From Fidelibacterota bacterium (GTDB lineage: Bacteria; Fidelibacterota; SORT01), in contig JACZTG010000001.1 in assembly GCA_022573815.1 (NCBI GenBank), forward strand, positions 859-64,858: DNA of 64,000 nt, given 5' to 3'. The notes under the pieces were generated by a model, which saw only the letters and a program-made list of their open reading frames with translations, was not told the origin of the DNA and made no database searches. A program made the translations under genes and the position numbers. Shown here piece after piece: positions 8,037-17,951 of the stretch (the stretch's first letter is position 1; each line of letters starts with the position of its first letter).

Positions 8037-8972
8037 ATGAGCGAACTTTTTGTAGTAACTGAACATCTTAATGGCGATTTCCAGGATATAACGTTTGAAA
8101 TGTTAGGAAAAGCAAAGGAATTGTCAAACGGTGGGAAATGTACAGCCATTGTATTTGGGAATATGAAAGATAAATATGCGGAATTGGGAGCTGCCGATAA
8201 TGTTTTATCCGTAGGTGGAAGCAGCGAATATAATCCCGAAGAATATGCCGCAGCGGTGAAGTCGGCTGTGAGTGAGAAGAATCCGGATTTAGTTCTAATA
8301 GGTTCAACCTCAATGGGGATGGACATCGCATCTCCGGTGGGTACGGGTCTCAATATTCCTGTGGTAGCGTATTGTACGGCTATTGAAGCGTCTGATGGCG
8401 GTTTTTCGTGTACAAGTCAACTTTACGGCGGCAAGATGGACGTGGTTTCTAATGTTCCTTCGCCGGCTATAGTTATGGTGAGTTCCGGAGCGTTCGATGC
8501 CGCAGCAGGAAAAGTTTCCGGTTCGCCCGCCGTTGAAGAATTCAGCGGCGACGCAGGTGCCGGCAAGGTGACGTTCAAATCGCTTATTGAGCCGGAAGCA
8601 GCCGATGTTGACATCACTCAAAGTAATATTATAGTGGCGATCGGAAGAGGAATAGGAAGTAAGGATGATGTAGAAGTTGCTGAAGAGATCGCCGAAGCTT
8701 TGAACGCCGATGTTGCCGGAACAAGACCGCTTATAGATGCGGGTTGGCTGCCGAAATCAAGGCAGGTAGGGAAATCCGGGCTAAAAGTTAAGCCTAAGGT
8801 TTATATCGCTCTCGGAATATCAGGCGCTCCCGAACATATAGAGGGAATGAAAGAATCGTCCACTATAATCGCGATTAACACTGACAAAAACGCTCCGATT
8901 TTCGACGTGGCTCATTATGGAATGACGGAAGACCTTTTTGACGTGTGTGAGGATTTATTGGATAAACTGTAA
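8037..8972 (+). CDS. etfA: Electron transfer flavoprotein alpha subunit
   Basis: GRGIG, TRPLIDAGW, QVGKSG, GISGAPEH, AINTDKNAPIF. Confidence 0.95.
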   Translation: MSELFVVTEHLNGDFQDITFEMLGKAKELSNGGKCTAIVFGNMKDKYAELGAADNVLSVGGSSEYNPEEYAAAVKSAVSEKNPDLVLIGSTSMGMDIASPVGTGLNIPVVAYCTAIEASDGGFSCTSQLYGGKMDVVSNVPSPAIVMVSSGAFDAAAGKVSGSPAVEEFSGDAGAGKVTFKSLIEPEAADVDITQSNIIVAIGRGIGSKDDVEVAEEIAEALNADVAGTRPLIDAGWLPKSRQVGKSGLKVKPKVYIALGISGAPEHIEGMKESSTIIAINTDKNAPIFDVAHYGMTEDLFDVCEDLLDKL

Positions 8973-9051
8973 TCCGGTTGTCATATTGAGATATTCCATT
9001 TGGTCTGTCTCGTTGCTTCATTATTAATAACCTGTTAAATGCGAGTAAACT

Positions 9052-11097
9052 TTGTTAACGCAAACAGAACAGATAGCGTTTATACTTCTCACCGTTGTTA
9101 GCATAGCGTTTGCATGGCGTGGTTTCAGCCGATTATTCAAGATTGTCAAGAGTGGAGCTGATACCGACCGGAGCGACGGATTAAGCGTCAGATTCATAAA
9201 GGCTCTTTTTGAAGTTGGAATTCAGAAACCTGTCTTTAAAGCCCGTCGCTGGGTAAGCGTTTTTCACTCATTCATCTTTTTCGGGTTCAGCTTTTACCTC
9301 TTGGTGAACGTGAATGACATCTTGGAAGCGTATGTTGACGGGTGGCATCTTATCGGAGCCGGTACCTTAGCCGGAGTGTTCAATCTCTTTGCGGACATAT
9401 TCAGCATCTTCGTTATTGTCGGAATGAATTTTTTTCTTTATCGGCGATTTGTTACAAAACCGAAAGAACTTGGTTACAACGATAATGTTATGCTTCATCC
9501 CGGTGTAGATTCAGGGGGAATAAAACGGGATTCTCTGTTAGTGGGTGTGTTTATTCTGTTGCATGTGGGCTCAAGATGGCTCGGCACTGTTTTCCATATA
9601 GCGGAATTGGGGCATGGCGATCCGTGGCTTCCTATTGCCAATTTATTTGCGCCTCTCTTTTCATTTATGAGCCATGAGTCCCTTGAAATTGCGATTCATA
9701 TTACGTGGTGGCTTGCAATGGGTTTGATAGTAATTTTTATACCGTATTTCCCGAGGAGCAAACATCTTCATCTAATGGTTGCGCCTGTCAACTTAGCGTT
9801 AGGGCGAAAAACTCCCCCAGGGAGGATGGACGATGTACTGAATATATCTTCTCCGGGAGCTGCGTCTCTCACCGACCTTCCTTGGCCGCAGGTGCTGGAC
9901 GCTTATGCCTGTATAATGTGTAACAGATGTCAGGAAGTCTGTCCCGCTCACACGTCAGGAACTCCACTGAGTCCAGCGGCGTTGGAGATAAACAAGCGGT
10001 ATTTTATCAACGAAAAAGGCGATGAAGTTCTCAACGGCGCAGGCGCGCAAAGTCTGATCGATTATGCTATTTCAGATGAAGCCGTATGGGCCTGCACAAC
10101 CTGCTATGCGTGCGTTCAGGTCTGTCCGGTGGGAAACGAGCCTCTTATGGATATACTGGAATTACGTCGGAATATGGTTTTTGACGGTAGGATGCCGGAC
10201 GAGCTTGCCGATGTGCTTCGGAGCTTAGACGAGCAGGGCAATTCGTTCAGGGAATCTGCAAGAAGGCGAACGCGTTGGACGAAGGATTTAGATTTTGAAA
10301 TAAAAGACGCTAAATCGGAACCCGTGAAGTATTTATGGTATGTAGGCGATTTTGCGTCATACAACCAATCGTGCAGGGACGTGAGCAGAAAATTAGCGCG
10401 GATTCTCCATTCGGCGGGAGTGGATTTCGGAATTATTATGAAAGGCGAAAAATCTGCGGGCAACGATGTTCGCAGGGTTGGCGAAGAAGGATTATTCGAA
10501 GCATTGGCGGAAGAAAATATTGAAACTCTCGCTCAGTGCGATTACGAGGAGATTTTTACTACCGATCCTCATACATATAACGCGCTGCATAACGAATACG
10601 GAAAATTTGGCGCTGAATATAAGATTAAACACTACTCCACACTGTTGAATGAGCTGATTGAAAGCGGAATGATAGAAATTAAAAAGAAAATCGACGCAAA
10701 AGCCACTTATCACGATCCATGCTATCTCGGTCGTTATAACGGAAATTATGAAGCTCCGCGTGACTTGATGAAAAGTTGCGGGGTAGAGCTGGTAGAGATG
10801 CCTCGGAACAGAGAAAACTCTTTCTGCTGCGGCGCGGGAGGCGGAAGAATCTGGATGAAAGACCACGATGATATGACACAGCGTCCGAGTGAGAACAGAA
10901 TAGAGGAGGCGATGGCTCTCGGTGGGATCGAATATTTCACAGTTTCCTGTCCGAAGGACTTTACGATGTATTCCGATGCGGTGAAAACATCCGGCAACGA
11001 AGGGAAGATAGAAGTCAGGGATATTGTTGATTATCTGATGGAAGCAATGGATTTACATGAAGAATCTGCGGCGAAAGAACCTCTGATTACAGAATAG
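9052..11097 (+). CDS. Membrane-bound Fe-S oxidoreductase (ETF:quinone oxidoreductase, EMO/FadF-like)
   Basis: N-terminal TM helices with His (HSFIFFGF, KHLHL), CIMCNRCQEVCP, CTTCYACVQVCP, and two CCG domains (HDPCYLGR, CCGAGGG); directly after etfBA. Confidence 0.85.
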   Translation: MLTQTEQIAFILLTVVSIAFAWRGFSRLFKIVKSGADTDRSDGLSVRFIKALFEVGIQKPVFKARRWVSVFHSFIFFGFSFYLLVNVNDILEAYVDGWHLIGAGTLAGVFNLFADIFSIFVIVGMNFFLYRRFVTKPKELGYNDNVMLHPGVDSGGIKRDSLLVGVFILLHVGSRWLGTVFHIAELGHGDPWLPIANLFAPLFSFMSHESLEIAIHITWWLAMGLIVIFIPYFPRSKHLHLMVAPVNLALGRKTPPGRMDDVLNISSPGAASLTDLPWPQVLDAYACIMCNRCQEVCPAHTSGTPLSPAALEINKRYFINEKGDEVLNGAGAQSLIDYAISDEAVWACTTCYACVQVCPVGNEPLMDILELRRNMVFDGRMPDELADVLRSLDEQGNSFRESARRRTRWTKDLDFEIKDAKSEPVKYLWYVGDFASYNQSCRDVSRKLARILHSAGVDFGIIMKGEKSAGNDVRRVGEEGLFEALAEENIETLAQCDYEEIFTTDPHTYNALHNEYGKFGAEYKIKHYSTLLNELIESGMIEIKKKIDAKATYHDPCYLGRYNGNYEAPRDLMKSCGVELVEMPRNRENSFCCGAGGGRIWMKDHDDMTQRPSENRIEEAMALGGIEYFTVSCPKDFTMYSDAVKTSGNEGKIEVRDIVDYLMEAMDLHEESAAKEPLITE

Positions 11098-11106
11098 GAG
11101 AGAAGT

Positions 11107-11553
11107 ATGAGCGACAGCACACAACTAAAATTTCCTGCCGACCGATATTACCATTCATCCAATCATATGTGGGCTAAGGAGACGGATGAAAACGGTGAAA
11201 TACTGGTAGGCATTGATGCGTTAGCGCTCGATTCGCTGGGTGAAATAGCCTATGCGTCTTTTGTTGAGATAAATACGGAAGTTAAAGCAGGCGACTCTAT
11301 CGGTACGCTTGAATCCGCCAAGATGACCACCGAAATATTCTCTCCCATATCCGGCGTGGTATCAGCTGTGAACGACATAGTACCGGAAACTCCGCTGCTT
11401 ATCAACGAACAGCCCTACGGTGAGGGTTGGCTGGTTGTTATCCGTGCGTCAGCTTGGGAAGCTGAATGCGCTGATTTAATATCTGGCGAAGAGATTTTTG
11501 AATGGTCACAGAATGAAATCGCAAGATATGAAACGGAAAATAATCAGAACTGA
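11107..11553 (+). CDS. GcvH-like lipoyl carrier protein (second)
   Basis: HMWA, GIDALA...LGEI, LESAKMTTEIFSPISG, NEQPYGEGWL; lacks the N-terminal Cys of LbpA. Confidence 0.85.
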   Translation: MSDSTQLKFPADRYYHSSNHMWAKETDENGEILVGIDALALDSLGEIAYASFVEINTEVKAGDSIGTLESAKMTTEIFSPISGVVSAVNDIVPETPLLINEQPYGEGWLVVIRASAWEAECADLISGEEIFEWSQNEIARYETENNQN

Positions 11554-12677
11554 TGGACTTGCGTCTTATAAAAGAGAACGGAGTCAGTGGCAGTTCCGGT
11601 TTAGCTGCTGACGAATCAATGGCTCTCAGGGTGGGGAGTGAAAAATCCCGTCCAACCCTAAGGCTCTATACCTATGATTCCTACAGCGCTCTTGTAGGAA
11701 GATTCCAAAACATTCAGAAAGAACTTAATCTCGAATATTGTCTCCAAAACTGTGTGGAATTTAACAGGCGACCCACAGGCGGAGGCGCAATTATTATGGG
11801 CGCAGACCAGCTCGGCGTCGCGTTAGCGTTGAAAGGAAACAAAACCGATACATATCATCGCGCTCGAGTATTGATGAAACAGTTTTCTGAGGGAACGGTG
11901 AAAACGCTTTCGAAGTTCGGTATCGAAGCTTCGTTCCGCGGGAAGAATGATATTGAGGTTGATGGAAGAAAAATCGCCGGATTGGGACTGCATAAAACAA
12001 GGACAGGCGGTCTTCTTTTTCACGCTTCAATTCTTGTAAACCTTGACGTGGAGCTAATGCTCAACGTATTGAGAACTCCCCTTAAAAGAATAACTGATAA
12101 AGCGGTTAAACTCGTTTCCGGCAGGATTACAACTGTGCGTAAACTTTTATCAAATGATATAACTGTAGATGAATTCAGCGCCGAGTTGGAAAAAGGTTTT
12201 TCTAAAGTATTCGGAGTAAATCTGATAAAGGGAGACTGGAGCAGTGAAGAAATCGGAGAATCTAATAAGTTGGAAGCAGAAAAATATCTGACAGAAAAAT
12301 GGATCTATTCTAAATCAAATGTCAAGGAGATGAATGGGAGAGCGGTCAGAAAAACAGAGGGTGGATTATTAGAGGTATCTGTAAATTTAGCGGGAAACAC
12401 GCTCAAAAAAGTGCAGATCGGCGGAGACATTTACGTTTCCGAAAACGCGCTGGCAGATTTGGAGTTCAGCCTCGCCTGGCATTCCGCTGCCTCTGATAAG
12501 ATAAAGGAAACTTTGAAACGGGTGTATAAAAAAAGAGAAAATGAATTTTCCAGGATCAGCTTTGATGACTTATATAACGGCGTACAGGATGCTGTGAAAG
12601 ACGCTTCTAATAACAGAACGGATATTGAAACCATGCCTTACGGCTGTTTCGTTAAAACGGATGGAAGTTATGCCTGA
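11553..12677 (+). CDS. Lipoate:protein ligase, sLpl(AB)-like
   Basis: RRPTGGGAI, KNDIEVDGRKIAG, HASIL, plus C-terminal accessory domain (RKTEGGLLEV); TGATG coupling. Confidence 0.85.
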   Translation: MDLRLIKENGVSGSSGLAADESMALRVGSEKSRPTLRLYTYDSYSALVGRFQNIQKELNLEYCLQNCVEFNRRPTGGGAIIMGADQLGVALALKGNKTDTYHRARVLMKQFSEGTVKTLSKFGIEASFRGKNDIEVDGRKIAGLGLHKTRTGGLLFHASILVNLDVELMLNVLRTPLKRITDKAVKLVSGRITTVRKLLSNDITVDEFSAELEKGFSKVFGVNLIKGDWSSEEIGESNKLEAEKYLTEKWIYSKSNVKEMNGRAVRKTEGGLLEVSVNLAGNTLKKVQIGGDIYVSENALADLEFSLAWHSAASDKIKETLKRVYKKRENEFSRISFDDLYNGVQDAVKDASNNRTDIETMPYGCFVKTDGSYA

Positions 12678-13644
12678 GCTCCTAACTCTGCCGGAAAATG
12701 TGACCGAGTTCCAAGTTGACCCGAATTGTATGTCTATTCGTCGGAGGAATTTTTCAAACGAAATTACTTTTCATATGCCCGGCCTCAAGACGCACCGGAC
12801 TTCAGAAATTGAAGGTTCATTGACGGAATTTGTTTCTCTGAGTGTGACGGGTTCAGCCTGCGCATTGAGCTGCGAGCACTGCAAAACGGAAGTGCTGAAG
12901 GGAATGGTGGATCTGACAGCCGAAGGGGGTTCTTTATATGATACCTGCCAGCGATTAGCGGAAAAGGGCGCACGGGGAGTTTTGGTCTCAGGCGGCAGTG
13001 ACCTGAAAGGCAGAGTCCCACTGTTGCAGCACGTGCCCGATTTGATAAGGATTCGAAAGGAATTAGGTTTGATTATTCGTTTGCATGTCGGACTTCCCGA
13101 CGAGGAAACGTGCGCGGCTATCTCGGAAATCGGCATAGACGGAGCGATGCTGGATATCATCGGTGATCAGGAAACAATATCCGATGTCTATCATCTGTCG
13201 GCTACGCCGGATGATTACGGAATGGCATTGGAAAATCTACAGCGATACAATGTGCCGACAATTCCGCATATTATCATCGGGCATTATTTCGGAAAGATGA
13301 AAGGTGAATGGAACGCGCTTCAGATGATTAAGAATAACCCGCCGAAAATTTTGGTACTGGTAATATTGATGCCGCTCACGGGAACGCCTATGGCAAACGT
13401 TTTACCTCCTTCAATGGACGAAATCGGATTGTTTTTTCAGACAGCCCGGATTGCATTACCAGAGACTCCTGTTATGCTGGGATGCGCCAAGCCGATAGGC
13501 GAAATGAAGCTGGGAGTAGATAAATTAGCCCTTGAAACGGGATTGAACGGAATCGCTTACCCCGCTGACGGGATAGTGGGTCAATCCGAACAACTCGGAT
13601 TAAAGCCGAATATCGTAAATGCTTGTTGTGGAGTAACCTGGTAA
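12670..13644 (+). CDS. lipS1: Radical SAM lipoyl synthase LipS1-like
   Basis: CALSCEHC, LGCAKP (GC(M/A)R-like) and C-terminal CC motif; ATG 12670 overlaps the ligase 3' end. Confidence 0.8.
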   Translation: MPELLTLPENVTEFQVDPNCMSIRRRNFSNEITFHMPGLKTHRTSEIEGSLTEFVSLSVTGSACALSCEHCKTEVLKGMVDLTAEGGSLYDTCQRLAEKGARGVLVSGGSDLKGRVPLLQHVPDLIRIRKELGLIIRLHVGLPDEETCAAISEIGIDGAMLDIIGDQETISDVYHLSATPDDYGMALENLQRYNVPTIPHIIIGHYFGKMKGEWNALQMIKNNPPKILVLVILMPLTGTPMANVLPPSMDEIGLFFQTARIALPETPVMLGCAKPIGEMKLGVDKLALETGLNGIAYPADGIVGQSEQLGLKPNIVNACCGVTW

Positions 13645-13655
13645 AAGGGATAATA

Positions 13656-14747
13656 ATGGCAACTGAGATGTTAGCTCTGAGTGAGCAAAAGGAAATGCGG
13701 AATTTAAGCCCCGATTATGTGAGGATAAGCGCGGCGGCGGCAATCGAGCTGGGGCTAAAGCCGGGTCGGCTTGACAGGTGTAACTGTGGATGTATCAACT
13801 TGCTTCAGAATTATCCTGAAGGCTGTTACGCGAATTGCAGCTATTGCGGATTGGCCAGGGAACGTCCCGGTATTGCAGAAGAAAATTCGTTTATCAGAGT
13901 TGATTGGCCCCTTTATCCAACGGAGCAGGTGGCGGAGAAAATAGCTGAAAGGGAAGCGAATGGCGGGGTCGGAAGAGTTTGTATTGCGCAGGTGCAGGAT
14001 CATCGGGCAAACGCAGATCTTCTAAGTATGACGAAAATTGTTCACAGCGCGGCTCCTGACGTGCCTATCTCTGCTTTGGTTACAGCGACACTGATGGACA
14101 GACAGGTTCTTGCGGAGATAAAAGAAGCCGGAGCGGATATTATCGGAATCGGGATGGACGCCGCCACAGAAGAGATTTTTTATAATACCCGCGGAAAAGG
14201 CGCAAAGGGTCCCCACGATTGGAATTATCACTGGGAAATTGTAAATCTTGCCCGCGAGATGTACGGCGCTTATAAAGTGAATTGCCATATCATCATCGGA
14301 TTGGGCGAGACCGACAGGGATTTGACGAACATCTTTTATAAATGTAAGGAAGAGCAGTTGTCGTGCTACCTGTTCTCATTCAATCCTGAGCCGGGAACGG
14401 CATTGCAGGATTCGGAACGTCAGCCGATAGCCAGGCATCGGCGTATTCAGCTGGTCAAACAGTTGATAGAAAATAATGGACTTTCAAAAGACGCATTGGA
14501 ATTTGATAAAAACGGATTTATCTCGAATATAGATTATTCCGCTGATATTATTAATTTAACAGTGAATGAAGGAATCGCGTTTATGACGGACGGATGTCCC
14601 GATAGAGATGGTGTGATGGCGTGCAACAGACCATGCGGTTCCTACAGACCCGGAGAGGAATTCCGGGATTATCCATTTCCGCCAATGTCGAAAGATATAG
14701 AAGTGATTCAAAACGAGATGCGTCTAAATGAGGTAATCACCGCGTAA
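13656..14747 (+). CDS. lipS2: Radical SAM lipoyl synthase LipS2-like
   Basis: CYANCSYC and TDGCP...CNRP motif; ATG 13656 after AAGGGA. Confidence 0.82.
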   Translation: MATEMLALSEQKEMRNLSPDYVRISAAAAIELGLKPGRLDRCNCGCINLLQNYPEGCYANCSYCGLARERPGIAEENSFIRVDWPLYPTEQVAEKIAEREANGGVGRVCIAQVQDHRANADLLSMTKIVHSAAPDVPISALVTATLMDRQVLAEIKEAGADIIGIGMDAATEEIFYNTRGKGAKGPHDWNYHWEIVNLAREMYGAYKVNCHIIIGLGETDRDLTNIFYKCKEEQLSCYLFSFNPEPGTALQDSERQPIARHRRIQLVKQLIENNGLSKDALEFDKNGFISNIDYSADIINLTVNEGIAFMTDGCPDRDGVMACNRPCGSYRPGEEFRDYPFPPMSKDIEVIQNEMRLNEVITA

Positions 14748-14750
14748 ATT

Positions 14751-15743
14751 ATGGTAAAACCGATACGATTGATAGATTTAGGAGCGATTGACGGCATAAT
14801 GACTCAGGCGGTGTATCACGCGGTAGCGGAGAAAATGGATGAGTCAACGCCCGATACCATAATACTGAACAGCACAAAATCTCCGTATGTTTGTTTTGGC
14901 TATCATCAGGATGCGGAAAGTGTCATAGATTTGGATGTGTGCAGAAAATTAAATGTACCTGCGGTTCGCCGTAAATTGGGCGGAGGCGCTACTTATCTTG
15001 ATGAAAATCAGCTCTTTTACCAGCTGGTATTTCAAAAATCGGAATTGCCGGCAAATTTCAGGAATGTTTATGCGAAAATGTTGGAAGCGCCCGTGAAAAC
15101 CCTAAAATCGTTTGGACTTAACGCAAAACTAAAAGATATAAACGAGATAGAGGTTGACGGCAAACGGATTGCCGGAACGGGTGGCGGGCAAATAGGCGAT
15201 GCGTGTGTTGTTGTGGGGAACTTTTTATTCGATTTCGATTTTGAAGCTATGTCTTCATTATGGAAAGCTCCATGGGATTCTTTCCGAACACTTGCGGGAA
15301 AAGCGCTTAGGAACCACATTACAACTCTTTGGGAATACGACAGTTCATTCAGCAAAGAAATCATATCGTCGCAACTGATAATAGATTTTTCAGCTGTTTT
15401 TCAAAGACCGATTCAGCCGGGAGAATTAACTTCAGATGAGAAAGAACTCTCGGAGGAATTATCTGAGAAATTGAGCTCAACAGAGTTTGTTGTTGATACC
15501 AATAAAAACGGTGCGTCGCCAAGACCGCTTAAAATTTCTAACGGAGTTTTTATACACGCTGAAAATTATTCTTTGGGAGTAAATAGAATACGCGGCAGCT
15601 TTACGGTGGCAAATAATTTCATAGAAGAATCAATAATCGAGCTGCGGAATGGCAATTTATGGGAAGCAATTGATGTTGATCTTTATGGAATAGAGATTGC
15701 TGATTGGACAAATCATATTAAAATTGAATTGCGTGCTGCCTGA
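14751..15743 (+). CDS. Second lipoate/octanoate:protein ligase-family protein
   Basis: GYHQD, RRKLGGGATYLD, INEIEVDGKRIAGTGG. Confidence 0.8.
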   Translation: MVKPIRLIDLGAIDGIMTQAVYHAVAEKMDESTPDTIILNSTKSPYVCFGYHQDAESVIDLDVCRKLNVPAVRRKLGGGATYLDENQLFYQLVFQKSELPANFRNVYAKMLEAPVKTLKSFGLNAKLKDINEIEVDGKRIAGTGGGQIGDACVVVGNFLFDFDFEAMSSLWKAPWDSFRTLAGKALRNHITTLWEYDSSFSKEIISSQLIIDFSAVFQRPIQPGELTSDEKELSEELSEKLSSTEFVVDTNKNGASPRPLKISNGVFIHAENYSLGVNRIRGSFTVANNFIEESIIELRNGNLWEAIDVDLYGIEIADWTNHIKIELRAA

Positions 15744-16906
15744 TGGTTAAACTGCTAAAAAAATATCTGTCTGACCCGTTCCTGAAGCGGCTTTACAGTG
15801 AGATTCGAAAAGCAGGCTCTCTCCGGTCCATCTCTGTGGACATCACTCACGAGTGCAATATCCGGTGCAGAGGGTGTTATTTTTTCAGCGAGGGAATGGA
15901 AGAGTCTGAGTCTCCTCCCGATGAAAACAAATTTGATGCGTTTATAGAACGAGAGCTCGAACGGGGAACTAATTTTGTCACTGTTGTGGGAGGCGAACCG
16001 AGTCTCATGCTGGGGAGACTGAAAAAACTTCATTCAAATTTTCATATAAATGTTTCAACAAACGGTCTTATAAAAATACCATATGAAGGGTTCGAGTCAA
16101 TGCCTATCGGTGTTTCGGTATGGGGAGATAATCAGACAGACAGATATATGCGAGGCGGCGGAAACGTTGATACATTCGCGATAGCGCTGAAGAATTACAA
16201 AGACGATCCAAGAGCGTTCTGGTACTATACTGTGGCTCCGGGACGGAAGAATGAGATTGAGCGGGTAGTGGAGAAGTGTATAAACAACGGTAATCAGGTT
16301 TTATTTAATTTTTACGGCGATTTGTTAGGATTTGGCGGGGAATTGGATTCCGGCAGCGGTTTTGACGAAGTGAGAATTGAGATAGACCGAATGATCAGCC
16401 TCTACCCTGATAAGATGTTTATGAGTTCTTACCTGAGTAAAATCGTTTCAACAGGCACTTTATACGGTTTGAAATGGGGACATGAAGTATGCACGAGTTT
16501 GAGCGCGAATCACGAGGCGAATTTCGAAAGATTGAAAAACGGAAATCCTTATAACCCGCACTTCAGAGCTTATAATGCTGATTTGGAATCTACTCGTAGA
16601 TGCTGTACCGGAATCAACCGTTCGTGCCATACTTGTTTCGATGTCTGGGAGCATTTTTCGTGGGTAATTCTCAATATGAAAAAACATATCGGATCTAAGC
16701 AGGAATTCAGTAACTGGCTAACGACTATGTATCTGTTTTATCTTATAAACCGATTGGTGAATTTTGATGAAGGGATCAAGCTACTGCCGGAAATCCACAA
16801 ACGGCTTGGAAATACGACTAAGAGAGAATCACATAATATAGATAGAATCAAAATTTCTGCTTTCGCTACCGTGGAAAGCGGGTTAATGGAGATTACCGAT
16901 CCCTGA
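15743..16906 (+). CDS. Radical SAM protein of unknown function
   Basis: DITHECNIRCRGCYF, GGEP, STNG; C-terminal Cys cluster RRCC...RSCHTC; TGATG coupling. Confidence 0.8.
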   Translation: MVKLLKKYLSDPFLKRLYSEIRKAGSLRSISVDITHECNIRCRGCYFFSEGMEESESPPDENKFDAFIERELERGTNFVTVVGGEPSLMLGRLKKLHSNFHINVSTNGLIKIPYEGFESMPIGVSVWGDNQTDRYMRGGGNVDTFAIALKNYKDDPRAFWYYTVAPGRKNEIERVVEKCINNGNQVLFNFYGDLLGFGGELDSGSGFDEVRIEIDRMISLYPDKMFMSSYLSKIVSTGTLYGLKWGHEVCTSLSANHEANFERLKNGNPYNPHFRAYNADLESTRRCCTGINRSCHTCFDVWEHFSWVILNMKKHIGSKQEFSNWLTTMYLFYLINRLVNFDEGIKLLPEIHKRLGNTTKRESHNIDRIKISAFATVESGLMEITDP

Positions 16907-16934
16907 TTTTGATTCAAAACAGGAGGAGCGAAAA

Positions 16935-17951
16935 ATGATAAACAATAACCATCGTTACTTGTCGTTGTTGGTAACACTGTTTTTCTTAGTCTCAATCCCG
17001 GCATTCAGCGACGCAGCCAAAAAGGAATACAGAGTGTATGAGTTCGTAATTGAATCTGTCGAGGGTACATTTGAAGCGGCGGCAGACAGCCTTTCTTCGG
17101 CGATAGCAATGTCGGATTGGAAGCTGCTTACTACTATCAATTCCGGTGTTCCGGAAGATTGTGGATTCCGTGCTATAGTATTTGTTTTATATGATTCGAC
17201 ATTCGCGGCGAAAATAATGGATGCGAACCATAAAACAGGGGCTTACGGCACTGTTGACCGGATAAATCTCTTTGAAGATGAAAACGGATTTCACGTGTCG
17301 ATTGCAAACCGCAAATCAACTGACCGGACGGTCTTGTTGGATGATGAGTCATTCGAGGGAACTACTAAGGCGCAGCATGATAATCTCCGGCTGCTTATTG
17401 AATCAGCCCTAAAGGGCACATCAAGCAACAAAGAATATGGTCAGAAGCGTAAAAAAGGATATATCGGACGAACAATGGGCGTTATGGCCGGCGGAAGTTT
17501 TGATGGCAAGATTGGTAATATTATTGAATTACCCGGAGCAAACTTTGACGATGTGGTCGGTAAAGCTCGCCAGGGTTTATCTATGACCGGTGAGAAATGG
17601 GGGATGCACTTAGTTTACGAATTAAATCTTCCCGGATATAAAACTGTGGTATTCGGAAGTACGGGGACTCCGATGGACAGGAAATCATTCGATATAGTTA
17701 AGGCGGGTTCGGACAAATCACGCAAAAAGGGAAAGTGTCCCGGAATTGCTCATGCCGCCGCTTTTCCGATTGAAATCGTAGTACAGGAAGAAAACGGAGT
17801 TATCAATGTCAGTAGCGTTAATGCGATGTACAGGATGAAGATGTATTTTGAGGACGCCGGGAAATGGGCGTTTATGAAAAATATGACTATGCCCGGTTCA
17901 ATAGGAAGTGAATTGGAAGATCAGATCGAAGGAGTATTGGAAGAAGAATGA
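16935..17951 (+). CDS. Exported protein of unknown function
   Basis: Strong SD AGGAGG, signal peptide (LLVTLFFLVSIPAFS), two Cys; stop overlaps the next ATG. Confidence 0.75.
   Translation: MINNNHRYLSLLVTLFFLVSIPAFSDAAKKEYRVYEFVIESVEGTFEAAADSLSSAIAMSDWKLLTTINSGVPEDCGFRAIVFVLYDSTFAAKIMDANHKTGAYGTVDRINLFEDENGFHVSIANRKSTDRTVLLDDESFEGTTKAQHDNLRLLIESALKGTSSNKEYGQKRKKGYIGRTMGVMAGGSFDGKIGNIIELPGANFDDVVGKARQGLSMTGEKWGMHLVYELNLPGYKTVVFGSTGTPMDRKSFDIVKAGSDKSRKKGKCPGIAHAAAFPIEIVVQEENGVINVSSVNAMYRMKMYFEDAGKWAFMKNMTMPGSIGSELEDQIEGVLEEE

Noticed and set aside
11107-11553. Glycine cleavage system
   Set aside because: No gcvT or gcvP nearby; the context is lipoate assembly for sHdr.
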